Position numbers and translations under genes: made by a program. A model generated the notes under the pieces. That model did no database searches. It saw only the letters and a list, made by a program, of their open reading frames with translations, and was not told the DNA's origin. From NCBI RefSeq assembly GCF_963921235.1, contig NC_086108.1, forward strand, positions 113,276,001 to 113,340,000: a stretch of DNA of 64,000 nucleotides, read 5' to 3'. Positions 37,298 through 49,251 of this stretch are shown here, piece after piece (position 1 is the first letter of the stretch; each line of letters opens with the position of its first letter). The DNA is from Mobula hypostoma (lineage: Eukaryota).

Positions 37298-37809
37298 CTT
37301 ACTCACTATCCTCTCTCTGTACCCCTCTCTCAGCCTCTCTCTCTGTTTCTGTTTCTTTCTGTCTCTGACTCTCTCTCTCTGTCCCCTTCTCCCTTCGCAC
37401 TGATGCGATCTAACACGCTGAATGTTTCCAGTATTTCCCTTGGTCTACCTCAATGCACTCTGCAATGATCTGATCTGTAAGAACAGTACGCAAGAGAAGC
37501 TTTCCACTGTATCTCCATACATGTGACAATAATAAATCAGTACCAACACCAGTTAAAAGAATAACAGAATACAGAAGAAAGTGTTACAGTTACGGGAGAG
37601 TGCAGTGCAGGAAGGCAATAAGGTGCAATTGGAAAAGATGTAGTAGATTATCAGGCCAAGAGTCTATTTATCATACAAGAGTTCCATTCAGTCATCTGAT
37701 AACAGCGGGGTAGAAGCTGTCCTGGAGCCTGGTGGTACATGCTTTCAGGTTCTGCCTGATGGGAAAGGGGAGAAGAGACAATGACCAAGATTGGAGGGAT
37801 CTTTGATTA

Positions 37810-39030
37810 TCTTGGCTGTAGGAGGGAGACTGAAAATCTGGCCAAATGGTGCCACAACAACAGCCTCTCACTAATCAGCAAGAATGTGGAGCTAATTATT
37901 GACCTCAGGAGTAGGAAACCAGAGCTCCATGGACCAGAGGATCAGGGAAGGAGTGGGTGGGCAACTTTAAATTCCTCAATGTTATCATTTCGGAGGATCT
38001 GTCCTGGGCCCAGCACAAAAGTGCAATTACCAGGAAATCACAGCAGCATCTCTACTTCCTTAGGAATTTGAGAAGCTTCGGCATAACATCTAAAACTTTG
38101 ACAAACTTCCATAGATGTGTGGTGGAGTGTACACTGACCAGCTACATCACAGGCTGGTATGGAAACGCCAGTGCCCCTGAAAGGAAAATCGGACGAAATT
38201 TAGTAGATTCAGCCCAGTCCATCTCAGGTAAAGCCCTCCCCTCCATTGAAAACATCTGCACTGAGCACTGTCGCAGGAAACCAGCATCCATCTTCAACGA
38301 CCCCCACCACCCAGGACATGCTCTCTTTTCGTTGTTACCATCAGGAAAGAGGTGGCTCAGGTCCCACACCACCAGGTTCAGGAACAGTTATTACCCCTCA
38401 ACCATCAGGTCCCACACCACCAGGTTCAGGAACAGTTATTACCCCTCAACCATCAGGTCCCACACCACCAGGTTCAGGAACAGTTATTACCCCTCAACCA
38501 CCAGGAACGAGATACAGGAGCCCCAGGACCCACACCACCAGGATCAGGAACAGTTATTACACCTCAGTCATCAGGTCCCACACCCTCAGGTTCAGGAACA
38601 CTTATTACCCCTCAACCATCAGGAATGAGATACAGGAGGCCCAGGTCCCATACCACCAAGTTCAGGAACAGTTATTACCCCTCAACCATCAGGCTCTTGA
38701 ACCAATAAGGATAACTTCATTTACCTCATCACTGAACAGTTCCCACAACCCATAAAATCACTTTCAAGGGCTCTTCATCTCAGGTTCTCAATATTGATTG
38801 CTTACTTATTTACTTACTTACCTATTACTTACTTATCTATTTATTTTTTTCTTTTTGTATTTGTACAGTTTGTTGTCTTAGGCACGTTGGTTGTTTGTCC
38901 GTCCTGTTGGGTGCAGTCTTTCACTGCTTCCATTGTGTTTCTTGAATTTATTGAGAATACCCTCAAGAAAATGAATCTCTGGGTTATATATGGTGACAAA
39001 CATGTACTTTGATAATAAATTTACTTTGAA
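37810..39030 (+). mobile_element. Rex1/Babar 3' fragment with internal tandem expansion
   Basis: FKFLNVIISEDLSWAQH, KTLTNFHRCVVEC.LTSYITGWYGN, HPGHALFSLLPSG; tail tttactttgaacttt. Confidence 0.85.
38358..38692 (+). repeat. 48-bp minisatellite (about 6 units, two with spacers) formed from the Rex1 ORF2 C-terminus
   Basis: Unit caggtcccacaccaccaggttcaggaacagttattacccctcaaccat (RSHTTRFRNSYYPSTI) repeated; the first three copies are nearly identical. Confidence 0.9.
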
Positions 39031-40114
39031 CTTTTTTCCCAAGGGCTCTACCTCATGGGTCCAGAGACCGGGGTTTGGTCCCGACCTCCAGTGCTGTAAG
39101 TGTGTGTGGAGTTTGCACCTTCTCCCTATGACCACTCGGGTGTTCCCTGGAAGCTCTGGTTTCCTCACATGTCCCACATCCTCTGGACGTGTGGGTCGGT
39201 TGGTTAATTGTCCCCAGTGTGTGTGTGAGGGGTGGAGTCTGGGGAGAGCTGATGTGAATTTTGGGTGGATGAACTGACATCAGCGCAAATAGGTGGTTGA
39301 CGGTTGGCACGGACACACAAAGTCGGAGAGAGACAAGGCACGAAGAGAGGCCCTTTGGCTCAACTCACCTCTTCTCGCTGCTGCCATCGGGAAGGAGGTA
39401 CAGGAGCCTCAGGACCCACACCACCAGGTTCAGGAACAGCTATTACCCCTCAACCATCAGACTCCTGAACCAGAAGGGATAACTTCTTCACTCACCCCAT
39501 CACTGAACTGTTCCCAAAACCTATAGACTCACTTTCAAGGACTCTTCATCTCATGTTCTCAATATTGATTGCTTATTTATTTAATTAGAGACACCACCTA
39601 TCCTGAATATTCTCTCTTCCTCCCTCTCAGATTGAATAGAAGATACAAAAGCCTGAAAACAGGCTCAAGGACAGCTTCTTCCAGACTGAAGGATTACTTC
39701 TACCCTGTTGTTATCAGACACTTGAATGGACCATTGGTACAATAAACATGGACTCTTGCCCTGACAATCTACATCATTATGACCTTGCACATTATTGTCC
39801 ACCTGCACTTCACATTCTCTGTAACTATAACTCCTTTTTCTGCATTATGCTAGTGTTTTACCTTTTTCTACCTGAATCCACTGTGCAAAGATCTGAATTG
39901 TGAGGACGTTATTACAATTTTTCACTGTACCTTGGTACATGTAACAATAATAAACCAATTTACTAAACATATCAAAGGAAGGGTTGCCATCTACATTCAC
40001 TGATTTATTTTACTTAGAGGTACGCTACAATAACAGGCACTTCTTGCACAATGAGTCTGTGCCACCCAATTAAAGTACAAAGTTCAAAATAAAATTTATT
40101 ATCAAAGTACACAC

Positions 40115-40572
40115 ATGTTACCCGGGTTTCATCTCCTAAGTTACAGAGAAAGGTTGAACAAGTTTGGTCTTTATTCTTTGGAGCATAGAAGGTTGAGGGG
40201 GGACTTGATAGAGGTATTTAGAATTATGAAGGGGATTGATAGAGTTGACGTGGATAGGCTTTTTCCATTGAGAGTGGGGGAGATTCAAACAAGAGGACAT
40301 GAGTTGAGAGCTAAAGGGCAAAAGTTTAGGGGTAACATGAGGGGGAACTCCTTTCCTCAGAGAGTGGTGGCTGTGTGGAACGAGCTTCCAGCGGAAGTGG
40401 TTGAGGCAGGTTCGATGTTGTCATTTAAAGTTAAATTGGATAGCTCTGTGGACAGGAAAGGAATGGAGGGTTATGGGCTGAGTGCAGGTCGGTGGGACTA
40501 GGTGAGACTAAGATTTCGGCACGGACTAGAAGGGCCCAGATGGCCTGTTTCCGTGCTGTAATTGTTATATGG
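40115..40572 (+). mobile_element. CR1 3' end with open reading frame
   Basis: MLPGFHLLSYRERLNKFGLYSLEHRRLRGDLIEV...GYGLSAGRWD*; tail ggcctgtttccgtgctgtaattgttatatgg. Confidence 0.85.
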
Positions 40573-40904
40573 TCACCACATAAAACCCTGAGATTCTTTT
40601 CCTACAAGCAAATCTGTAGAACAGCAATTGTAAACTGTAAACATCAGAAACTGTTAACTGTAAAAAAACTGTGCAAATGCAGATATAAATAAACAGCATG
40701 AAATAACAACATAACAGAGTCCTTAAGTAAATGTAGCAATTTCCTTTGTTCAAGAGCCTGATTGCTGAGGGGTAGTAACTGTTCTTGACCCTGGTGGTGC
40801 AAGTCCTGAGGCTCCTGTACCTCCTTCCTGATGGGAACAGCGAGAAAAGAACATGGTCTGGATGGTGAGGATCCTTGATGATGGATGCTGCTTTTCTACG
40901 GCAA

Positions 40905-41222
40905 TATTACACTACTCAGCAAAATTTTCAATTTCCCTCCTATAGACTGATTCATCACCCACTTTGATACAGCCCACAACAGTGGAGTCATCAGCAAACT
41001 TGTATATGGTGTTGGAGCTGTGTTTAGCCACACAGTCATAGGTGTAAAGTGAGTAGAGCAGGGGGCTAAGTACACATCCCTGTGGTGCTTCTGTGCTGAT
41101 GGAGATTGGGGAGGAGATGTTTTTGCCAATCTAGACTGACGAGTCTACGAGTGAAGAAATCCAGGATCCAATTGCACAAGGGGGTAATGAGACCCAGGTC
41201 TTGGAGCTTACTGATTATTTTG
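40905..41222 (-). mobile_element. Rex1/Babar RT fragment
   Basis: [23 protein letters not shown]...PQGCVLSPLLYSLYTYDCVA...YKFADDSTVVG on the minus strand. Confidence 0.8.
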
Positions 41223-41226
41223 AGTG

Positions 41227-42290
41227 GATGATGGTGGTTGGCCTGATCAGAGGGGATGACGAGATGGCCTACAGGGACGAGGTCCAGCACCTGGCTGTGT
41301 GGTGTGCTGACAACAACCTGGCCCTTAACACCCAGAAGACCAAGGAGATCATTGTGGACTTCAGGCATGCCAGGAGTCACACTCACGTCCCCATCTACAT
41401 CAACGGAACTGTAGTGGAGTGTGTATAAAGCTTCAAAATCCTTGGTGTCCACATTTCCGAGGATCTCACCTGGTCCCTGAACTCCTCCATCCTAATCAAA
41501 AAGGTGCAACAGCGCCTTTATTTCCTGTGGAGCATCAAGAAAGCTCACCTCTGTCCCAGGATACTGACGGACTTTTACCACTGTACCACTGAGAGCGTAC
41601 TCACCAACTGCATCTCAGTGTGGTATGGCAATTGTCCCGTATCGGACCGCAAAGCACTCCAGCGTGTGGTGAAAACTGCCCAGTGGATTATCGGCACCCA
41701 ATTGCCAACCATTGAGAACATCTACCATAAACGCTGCCTGGGCAGGGCGAAAAGCATGTCCTCCCATCCGGTAGGCACTACAGGAGCCTCCGCTCCCGCA
41801 CCAGCAGGCACAGGAAGAGCTTCTTCCCTGAGGCTGTGACACTGCTGAACCTCACATCACAGCGCTAAGCAGTATTGCACTCATATTGTACTGTCTCAGT
41901 ACTTTTATATTTGTGTGCTGTAGCACTTACTTTTTATTCGCAGTTATTTTGTAAATAACACTGTCATTTGCATTTCTGGTTAGATGCTAACTGCATTCCT
42001 GCCTGTGGCCATCAAACTTTGCAGCTCTTCCCTTGGAGGGTCGGGCATACTGGGCCAATGGGCTGGTCCTGGACTTATTTCCGTCTGGCATGGTTTACAT
42101 ATTATTATTTGATCGTTTGTGGTTTTGTATTGCTATGTTTGTACTCTTTTCTTGGTTGGTGCAACTGTAATGAAACCTAATTTCCCTCGGGATCAATAAA
42201 GTATGTCTATCTATCAATCTGTCTATTTCATTGGCTTTGTATCTGTACTCGGCACAATGACAATAAAAGTTGAATCTAATCTAATCTAAT
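41227..42290 (+). mobile_element. Rex1/Babar 3' fragment with nested short 3'-UTR insert
   Basis: VVGLIRGDDEMAYRDEVQHLAVWCADNNLALNTQKTKE, QQRLYFL, ESVLTNCISVWYGNC; tail (aatct)n. Confidence 0.85.
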
Positions 42291-42646
42291 CTAAATGCCA
42301 AGCTGTAATCAGTAAAGAGCATCCTGATGTATCCATCTTTGCTGTCCAGATGTTCCAGGCCACACCTTGTGAACAATTAACTGGTATGTCTTTGGAACGT
42401 GGGAGGAAACCAGAGCACCCGGAGGAAAACCACATGGCCAACATACAGACCACTTTCAGAACCATTAGAGGGGAGGTACAACAGCATGAAAACACACACT
42501 CAGCCTTGCAGGAACAGCTTCTTCCCCTCTGCCATCAGCTTACTGAATGGACAGTGGAACCATAAACACAACCTCACTACTTTTTCCTCATTTTTTTGGG
42601 CTAATTCAATTTAATTTTTATATATACTTCATATTGCAATTTAATT

Positions 42647-43290
42647 AAGGAGGGAGGAGAAGACGGCGGTGTGACGTGACGCAGCGCGCGCGGCTGTTCC
42701 GAAATGATATCGATATGTGTTAACTAGGGGGCCACGCACAATCTGGATTTGATGGAGACAGCCGTGAGAAGCACGGAGGAACACCTGGAGAAACTTCTGA
42801 AATGCCTGCTTCACTGCCGCTGCTAATGTATGATCGAGAATCTCCGGAGGGGAAGGCCCCGAATTCTCGGCTTTGCCTATTGCCTGTTGCCGGGGCCGGG
42901 GTCGAAGCGCTCGGCAGAGACGGTGCTCGGTGCTGAAGAGCTGGTCGGTGGCTCGGAGTTTTCGGACGGACTCGGAGTCGGATTGCGGTCGGATGCTTTC
43001 AGGATGCTGCATCGGCAAGTTGGCAGCGCTGGAGGTTCACTGTCTGCGTGAGATGATGGGACTTACGAGAGACTTTGAGACTTTTACCGTGCCATGGTCT
43101 GCTCTTATCAAATTACGGTATTGCTTTGCAGTGTTGTAACTATATGTTATAATTATGTGGTTTTTGTTAGTGTTTAAGTCCGTTTGACATGTGTTCTCGT
43201 GATATCATTCTGGAAAAACATTTTATCATTTCTTAATGCACGCATTACTAAATGACAATAAAAGGGGACTGCATGTCCTCATAATCATAA
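42647..43290 (+). mobile_element. CpG-rich short non-autonomous LINE-like element
   Basis: GC/CpG-rich 5' part (ggaggagaagacggcgg...), AT-rich 3' UTR with gacaataaa and (cataat)n tail; inserted within an older Rex1-type 3' UTR. Confidence 0.55.
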
Positions 43291-43402
43291 AAAAAGCATC
43301 ATCATAATTTAAAAATTATTATGTATTACAATGTACTGCTGTTGCAAAACAACACATTTCACCACCTATGCCAATGGTATTAAAGCTGATTCTGATTCAG
43401 AC

Positions 43403-43619
43403 AGCAGTGGGATTTGTACCTGGGTGATTGGCACTGTAACAGCATTACACTAACCATGCCATCCTGTAAGCAACTTCACTTCTGTCTTGTTGGTTTCAAC
43501 AAGAGGAGATGCTGTCCTCTTGTTGAAACCAACAAGACAGAAGTGAAGTTGCTTACAGGATGGCATGGTTAGTGTAATGCTGTTACAGTGCCAATCACCC
43601 AGGTACAAATCCCACTGCT
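43403..43619. repeat. Perfect inverted repeat: 105-bp arms, 7-nt loop
   Basis: 43403-43507 is the exact reverse complement of 43515-43619 (checked base by base); loop GATGCTG. Confidence 0.97.
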
Positions 43620-44145
43620 TTGTACATAATCTGAGCCTAGTGTATCTCCAAATGTTGGCTGCCTCCCCAGACCACAGCTGAGTGCGAAACAATTTGTCAG
43701 AACTGGATCTGGTGTTGGTTAAAGTTAATAGATAAGCATTTCAACATTTCAGTTGACACTTAGGCTAAGGAAATGACGGCACAAATCAAATGTTCCTTTG
43801 TTCTCCGGCAACGACAGCTCACACAGCATCTAAATTATAGGCCTGAAGGTCAAAATGAGCAAATTTCTACAGGTGTACCAAGGAGAGCGTTCACCTGGTA
43901 TGGAGGGGCCACTGCACAGGATCGGAATTAGCCGCAGAAAGTTGTAAATTCAGCCAGCTCCATCATGGGCTCTAGGTTCTACACAATCGAGAACAGCTTC
44001 AAAAGGTGATGCCTTAAAAAGGCAGCGTCCCTCTTTAAGGACCCCCACCACCCAGGACGTGGGCTCTTCTTATTGCTACCATCAAGGAGGAGGTACAGGA
44101 GTCTGAAGACACACATTCATTGCTGCGGATAAGCTCCATTCAATG

Positions 44146-45736
44146 CAGGTTGACTCTTCCATTGCGTCCTGCATAATGGAAAAGAGGATTCCCCCGCCAT
44201 CTGAAGGCAGAGCGTTCCTATGAAGCGGTTCATAAGCCGAAATGTCGTAAAGCGAAGAAGCAATTACCATTTATTTATATGGGAAAATTTTGTGAGCATT
44301 CGCAGACCCAAAAATAACCTACCAAATCATGCCAAATAACACATAAAACCTAAAATAACAGTAACATATAGTAAAAGCAGGAATGATATGATAAATACAC
44401 AGCCTATATAAAGTAGAGATACTTCTCTACAACGACTGCCTGCACAGATCTCCGTAGCGAAAATCTCACGCAAGCGCTCTCGACAGAAAATCTCACGCAA
44501 GCACTGTTGGCATAAACACGCTCTCCAGTAACCTTTAAACTATGAAGCTGCCAAATCTACCAAATAACACGTAAAAATACACAGCCTATATAAAGTAGAA
44601 ATAATGTATGTACAGTGTAGTATCACTTACCGGAATCGGGAAAACAGCTCTGAGCAGACCAATGATGGTGTGTTAGACTGCGTCGTTGCAGGTTGGGTGA
44701 TGCAGTGGCCCCCACCCTCCGGGCCGCCAACCCGTTACATTGCCGCAAAGCACGCAGGGGTAGCCAGGAGGCACACAGCACATCTTTAAGAAAAAAGCAG
44801 AAATAAACATGCTAATTAATTAGGTGCTGCCTGACACGTAAATGTCGGCGCAGATCAGAGGCGATTGCTGATTGCATTGGCACTGATCTGGGTCGACAAT
44901 TACGTGCTCGGCGGCACCTAATCAATTAGCATGTTTATTTCGGCTTTTTTCTTATAGATGTGCTGTGTGCCTCCCGGCTACCGCTGCATTCTCCGCGAAT
45001 TGGTACAGTATCTGTCCGGGGACCAGGGGTTGGGGTGGTGGGACACGGGGAGGTGTCATCTCATCGTTGATCAGGGCAGGCGGCTCATCTTCTCCTATGA
45101 CTGCCTGCCTCGATGTCAAAGGTCGAGGTTCATCGTGTGCTGTGGCTGATGTGGAAGTCTTGCTTGACTGCTGAGCCTCCCGCATTTTTAGATCATACAG
45201 TTCTTTGTAAGCACTCAAACCATCCTGCAAATATCCCCTAAACCGACGTACCCTTTCAAAATTAAAGTCGTACTTTATCATTACTCATTCGGTTTCGACT
45301 GTTATCCTTTCCTCTTCCAACTGCATCAGCTCTTCAACTATCAGTTCTTGGTCATGGGATGCCAAAACCTCTTCAACATCATCTTCATCAGCTTCCACAA
45401 GCCAAACTCACTTTGTCCTTGCTTCGTTCACCACGATTGAAACGCTTAATTATGTCTAATTTTACGCTAAGTGTAACACCCTTACGAGCTCTTTCATGCT
45501 TTTCCAACACCTTAGAACTCATCTTGCTAACGGCTACTCAATGCAACGTGTTTAAGAAATGCCGTTCCGAATCCGGGGCAGAGCGGCTGCTCGGGGTGCG
45601 CGTTGCCTTTTATCACGCGTTGCCTTTCTTCGTAACAGTGAAAACACCTTCTGAAAGCGAAAACAGGGTACTAATGTAGGTCTTTTGTAACAGTGAGGTT
45701 TCGAAAAGCGAACGTTCGAAAAGCGGAGGACACCTG
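44146..45736 (-). mobile_element. Internally deleted pogo/Tigger-like DNA transposon
   Basis: Right end ...aagcggaggacacctg|TA; left end caggtt...cccccgccatc. Minus strand from 45522: MSSKVLEKHERARKGVTLSVKLDIIKRFNRGERSKD (CENP-B/psq HTH), jumping to C-terminal EADEDDVEEVLASHDQELIVEELMQLEEE...FERVRRF...LSAYKELYD. Confidence 0.82.
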
Positions 45737-45789
45737 TACCTGACTGGCAGATCACTGTTTGCGCAGCTTCAGAGCTGGGTGTCTGACAT

Positions 45790-47110
45790 GGCTGTAAACA
45801 GCACTGGGGCCCCATAGGGGACTGTATTGTCTCCCTTCCTGTTTATTCTGTATACCTCGGACTTTAGATACAACACTGAGTCATGTCATCTGCAGAAATT
45901 CTCTGATCACCCAGCAATAGTTGGGTTCATAAAGGAGGAAGGGAGGATGAATACAAGGCCTGGTGGAGGACTTTGTCGAATAGTGCAAGCTGAATCATCT
46001 GCAGCTCAACATCAATAAGACAAAGGAGATGGTGATGGACTTAAGATAGTCTAAGCCTGCACTACTCCCTGTTTCTATTGATGTAACTGTTATATGTAAT
46101 CTCTTACTAGCTCTTCTTTCAGTTAGTCCTGACGAAGGGTCTCGGCCCGAAACGTCGACTGTAACTCTTCCTAGAGATGCTGCCTGGCCTGCTGTGTTCA
46201 CCAGCAACTTTTATGTATGTTGCTTGAAATTCCAGCATCTGCAGATTTCCTTGTGTTTGCGTTGTTACATGGTTATATGGTCATAGGACGTGGATGAGGT
46301 GAGGACCTACAAGTACCTGGGGGTGAACCTGGATGAAAGGCTTGAGTGGAGCTCCAACACAGAGGCTGTGTACAAGAAGGGCCAGAGTTGCCTCTACTTC
46401 CCGAGCAGACTAGGTCCTTTGAGTATGCAGGCCTCTCCTTCACATGTTCTACCAGTACAATCTTCTAAACGGTGGTGTACCGGGGCAATGGTATCAACAC
46501 AGGTGATGCCAACAGGCTCAATAAACTGATTAGAAAGGCTGGCTCTGTTATAGGAGTCAAACTGGACACACTGGAGTCTGTGGTAGAACAAAGGACCCTA
46601 TGGAAAATCCTAGCAATTCTGGACAAAGTTTTTCACCCACTGCATGCCACCTTGGCTGAACAGAGGAGCAGTTTCAGTAACAGACTAAGACAACCACGCT
46701 GTCCCAAAGAGCGCTATATGAGGTCATTCTTACCCCCGGCCATAAGGCTCTATAATGAGTCAGCCTATAGTGAGGGAAGTGATGACCCCTCCTGTTAGAC
46801 TGTTATTAGCCTCTGTTTAAGCTTTGTTTATCACACCCTGCACCGTGGACACACTGTGCAATACTACCATCACTTCTTATCCGGACGGTGAAAATGTGCA
46901 CCCATTACTGTGTACTATTACAGTAATTCTTGCACGACCATCTTAACAGTGTGAACTTGGAAATCTTGTACAGTTTGCATATCTTATTTTTAAGGTAACT
47001 TTTTAAAAAATTTTCTTGCTTGTCCTCTAATATTTGTAGATCTCTTCACTTGTAATGCTACGGTAACACTGTAATTTTCTTTGGGATCAATAAAGCATCT
47101 ATCTATCTAT
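45790..47110 (+). mobile_element. Rex1/Babar RT-to-3' fragment interrupted by a Penelope-derived insert (~46097-46262)
   Basis: SPFLFILYTSDFRYNTESCHLQKFSD, TYKYLGVNLDERLEWSSNT, RLNKLIRKAGSVIG; tail gggatcaataaag(atct)n. Confidence 0.85.
46125..46160 (+). ncRNA. Minimal type I hammerhead ribozyme motif within a Penelope-derived terminal repeat
   Basis: AGTC-CTGACGA-A-GGG(TCTCGG)CCC-GAAA-CG-TC-GACT: stem I AGTC/GACT, conserved core CUGANGA and GAAA, stem II GGG/CCC, GUC cleavage triplet, minimal palindromic helix III (ACGU). Confidence 0.75.
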
Positions 47111-47184
47111 CTTTCTCAATCCTTCAGGAAAAGCTTCTCCCCCTCTGCCATCAGATTTCTGGAGGGACAATGGAGCCATGAACA

Positions 47185-47860
47185 ACCAGGAGCTGGTGGG
47201 CAATTACAGGAGGAATGGAGACGGGATAACCCCTATTGACATCAATGGATCTGGGGTTGAGAGGGTAAACAGCTTCAAGTTCCTCGGCATCCATATCACC
47301 GAGGACCTCACGTGGTCTGTACACACCAGCTGTGTGGTGAAAAAGACACAACAGCGCCTTTTTCTCCTCAGACAGTTGAGGAAGCTTGGGATGGGCCCCC
47401 AAATCCTAAGAACTTTCTACAGGGGCACAATCGAGAGCATCCTAACCAGCTGCATCACTGCCTGGTATGGAAACTGTACCTCCCTTAATCGCAGGACTCT
47501 GCAGAGAGTGGTGCGGACAGTCCAGTGCATCTGTAGTTGTGAACTTCCCACACCAAGGACAGGTGTGTAAAGGATCATTGGGGACCCAAGTCATCCCAAC
47601 CACAATCTATTCCAGCTGCTACCATCTTGGAAACAGTACCACAGCATAAAAGCCAGGACCAACAGGCTCCAGGATAGCTTCTTCCACCAGGCCATCAGAC
47701 TGATTAACTCACGCTGATTTAAGTATAATCTATATTACATTGACTGTTATATTTATTATAAATAACTATGATTGCACATTGCACATTTAGACGGAGACAT
47801 AACGTAAAGATTTTTACTCATGTATGTGAAGGATGTAAGAAATAAAGTCAATTCAATTCA
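47185..47860 (+). mobile_element. Rex1/Babar 3' fragment
   Basis: GVERVNSFKFLGIHITEDLTWS...QQRLFLLRQLRKLG...IESILTSCITAWYGNC; tail aataaagtcaattcaattca. Confidence 0.85.
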
Positions 47861-48971
47861 TGATATGAAATCTGATCTGATTCTGAATGAAGTACAAGCT
47901 GTTACTTTTCATATTTTATGCCTCTGTACGATGGCCTGGTATGGAAACACCAATGCCCAACAACGGAAAAGTCTACGTACAGTGGTGGATACAGCCGTCC
48001 ATTACACAGAGCGCTAACGCAAGAACGCAGCGTCCCACCATCTCCACACTACTACCATTGGGAAGGAGGTACAGGAGCCTCATCACCAGGTTCAGGAACC
48101 ATTATTTATTTATTTATTTTATTTAGCGATGCAGCGTGGAGTGCCACAACGCCCCAACAACCCTGGCAAACATTCTAGGCAGGAAAACTGTCACATCTCT
48201 CTCAGTCCCGTAGGCAGAGATATTATGGGTGGAGATTAGCTTTATCACAGGTACATCGAAACATTCAGTGAAGTGCGTTGCTTGCATCAAACCAAATCAG
48301 CAAGCATTGTGCTGGCCAGCCCACAGCTGTCACCATATTCTGGTGCCCACAGAACATGCCCACAATTTACTAACCCTAACCTATACATCTTTGGACTGTA
48401 GGAGGAAACTAGAACACCCGGAAGAACCCTACACAGCCATGGGAAGAACATACAAGCTTCTAAGTCCACCAAGATGCAACACAGAGCGTCATAGGAAGTC
48501 ATTCCTGCCTGTGGCCATCAAACTTTACAACTCCTCCCTTGGAGGGTCAGACACCCTGAGCCAATAGGCTGGTCCTGGACTTATTTCCTGGCATAATTTA
48601 CATATTACTATTTAATTATTTATGGTGCAACTGTAACGAAAACCAATTTCCCCCGGGATCAATAAAGTATGACTATGACTATTACAGGCAGTGACAGGAA
48701 TTGAACCTGAATCTTACAGCTGGCACTGTAAAGCGCTGTGCTAACTGCTACACTACCGAGCCATTCAATCCCGTCCCACCCCCACTCCAGACTTCTGCAT
48801 AAGCACCTCCCGAAGGGAAACCAGATGGTGCAAAGTCAAAGTTCAAAGCAAATTTATTATCTAAGTACGTTTATTTCACTAAATACTACCCTGACATTCA
48901 TTTTCTTGCAGGCAATCGCAGGAAAATAAAGAAATGTAATCAAATTTATGAAAAATTATACATAAATAAAA

Positions 48972-49250
48972 GCTCTGCTATGGATAGTCCCATCCCCAAC
49001 TGTGAAAAGAAGAGGGTTGGGAATGTGGCTAGCAACCCCATCCTGTAAAATCCCAGAGTTACAGTAGCTCCAAAGACCTCATCCCTGGCAGAGGAAGGAT
49101 CTTCACCGAGAAGATAAGCGAGGCTGTGTGGTGAAAGTCGAAATCACAGGGCCAACCAACCTTCTACTAGCCCAGGACTGAGGACTCTGGCAAGCTGCCA
49201 TCAGAGGCCAATCCCTCAGTAGGGGTGATGGACTTAAGAAGAAGAAGAAG
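48972..49250 (+). mobile_element. Short RTE-like non-autonomous element with (AAG)n tail
   Basis: gagggttggga..ggctagcaacccc 5'-type motif shared with 240-265; ends gatggactt(aag)n. Confidence 0.5.
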
Positions 49251-49251
49251 A

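Noticed and set aside
38358..38692. CRISPR-like repeat-spacer appearance
   Set aside because: Units are mostly contiguous and the few spacers are similar to each other and Rex1-derived; vertebrate intron, no cas genes.
40905..41960. Head-to-head Rex1 fragments suggesting a twin-priming inversion
   Set aside because: The two pieces overlap in protein coordinates yet differ strongly in sequence, so they are separate subfamilies/insertions.
43560..43619. tRNA gene (also considered at 10020, 21595, 27262)
   Set aside because: Degenerate A/B boxes with no cloverleaf; these are SINE heads.
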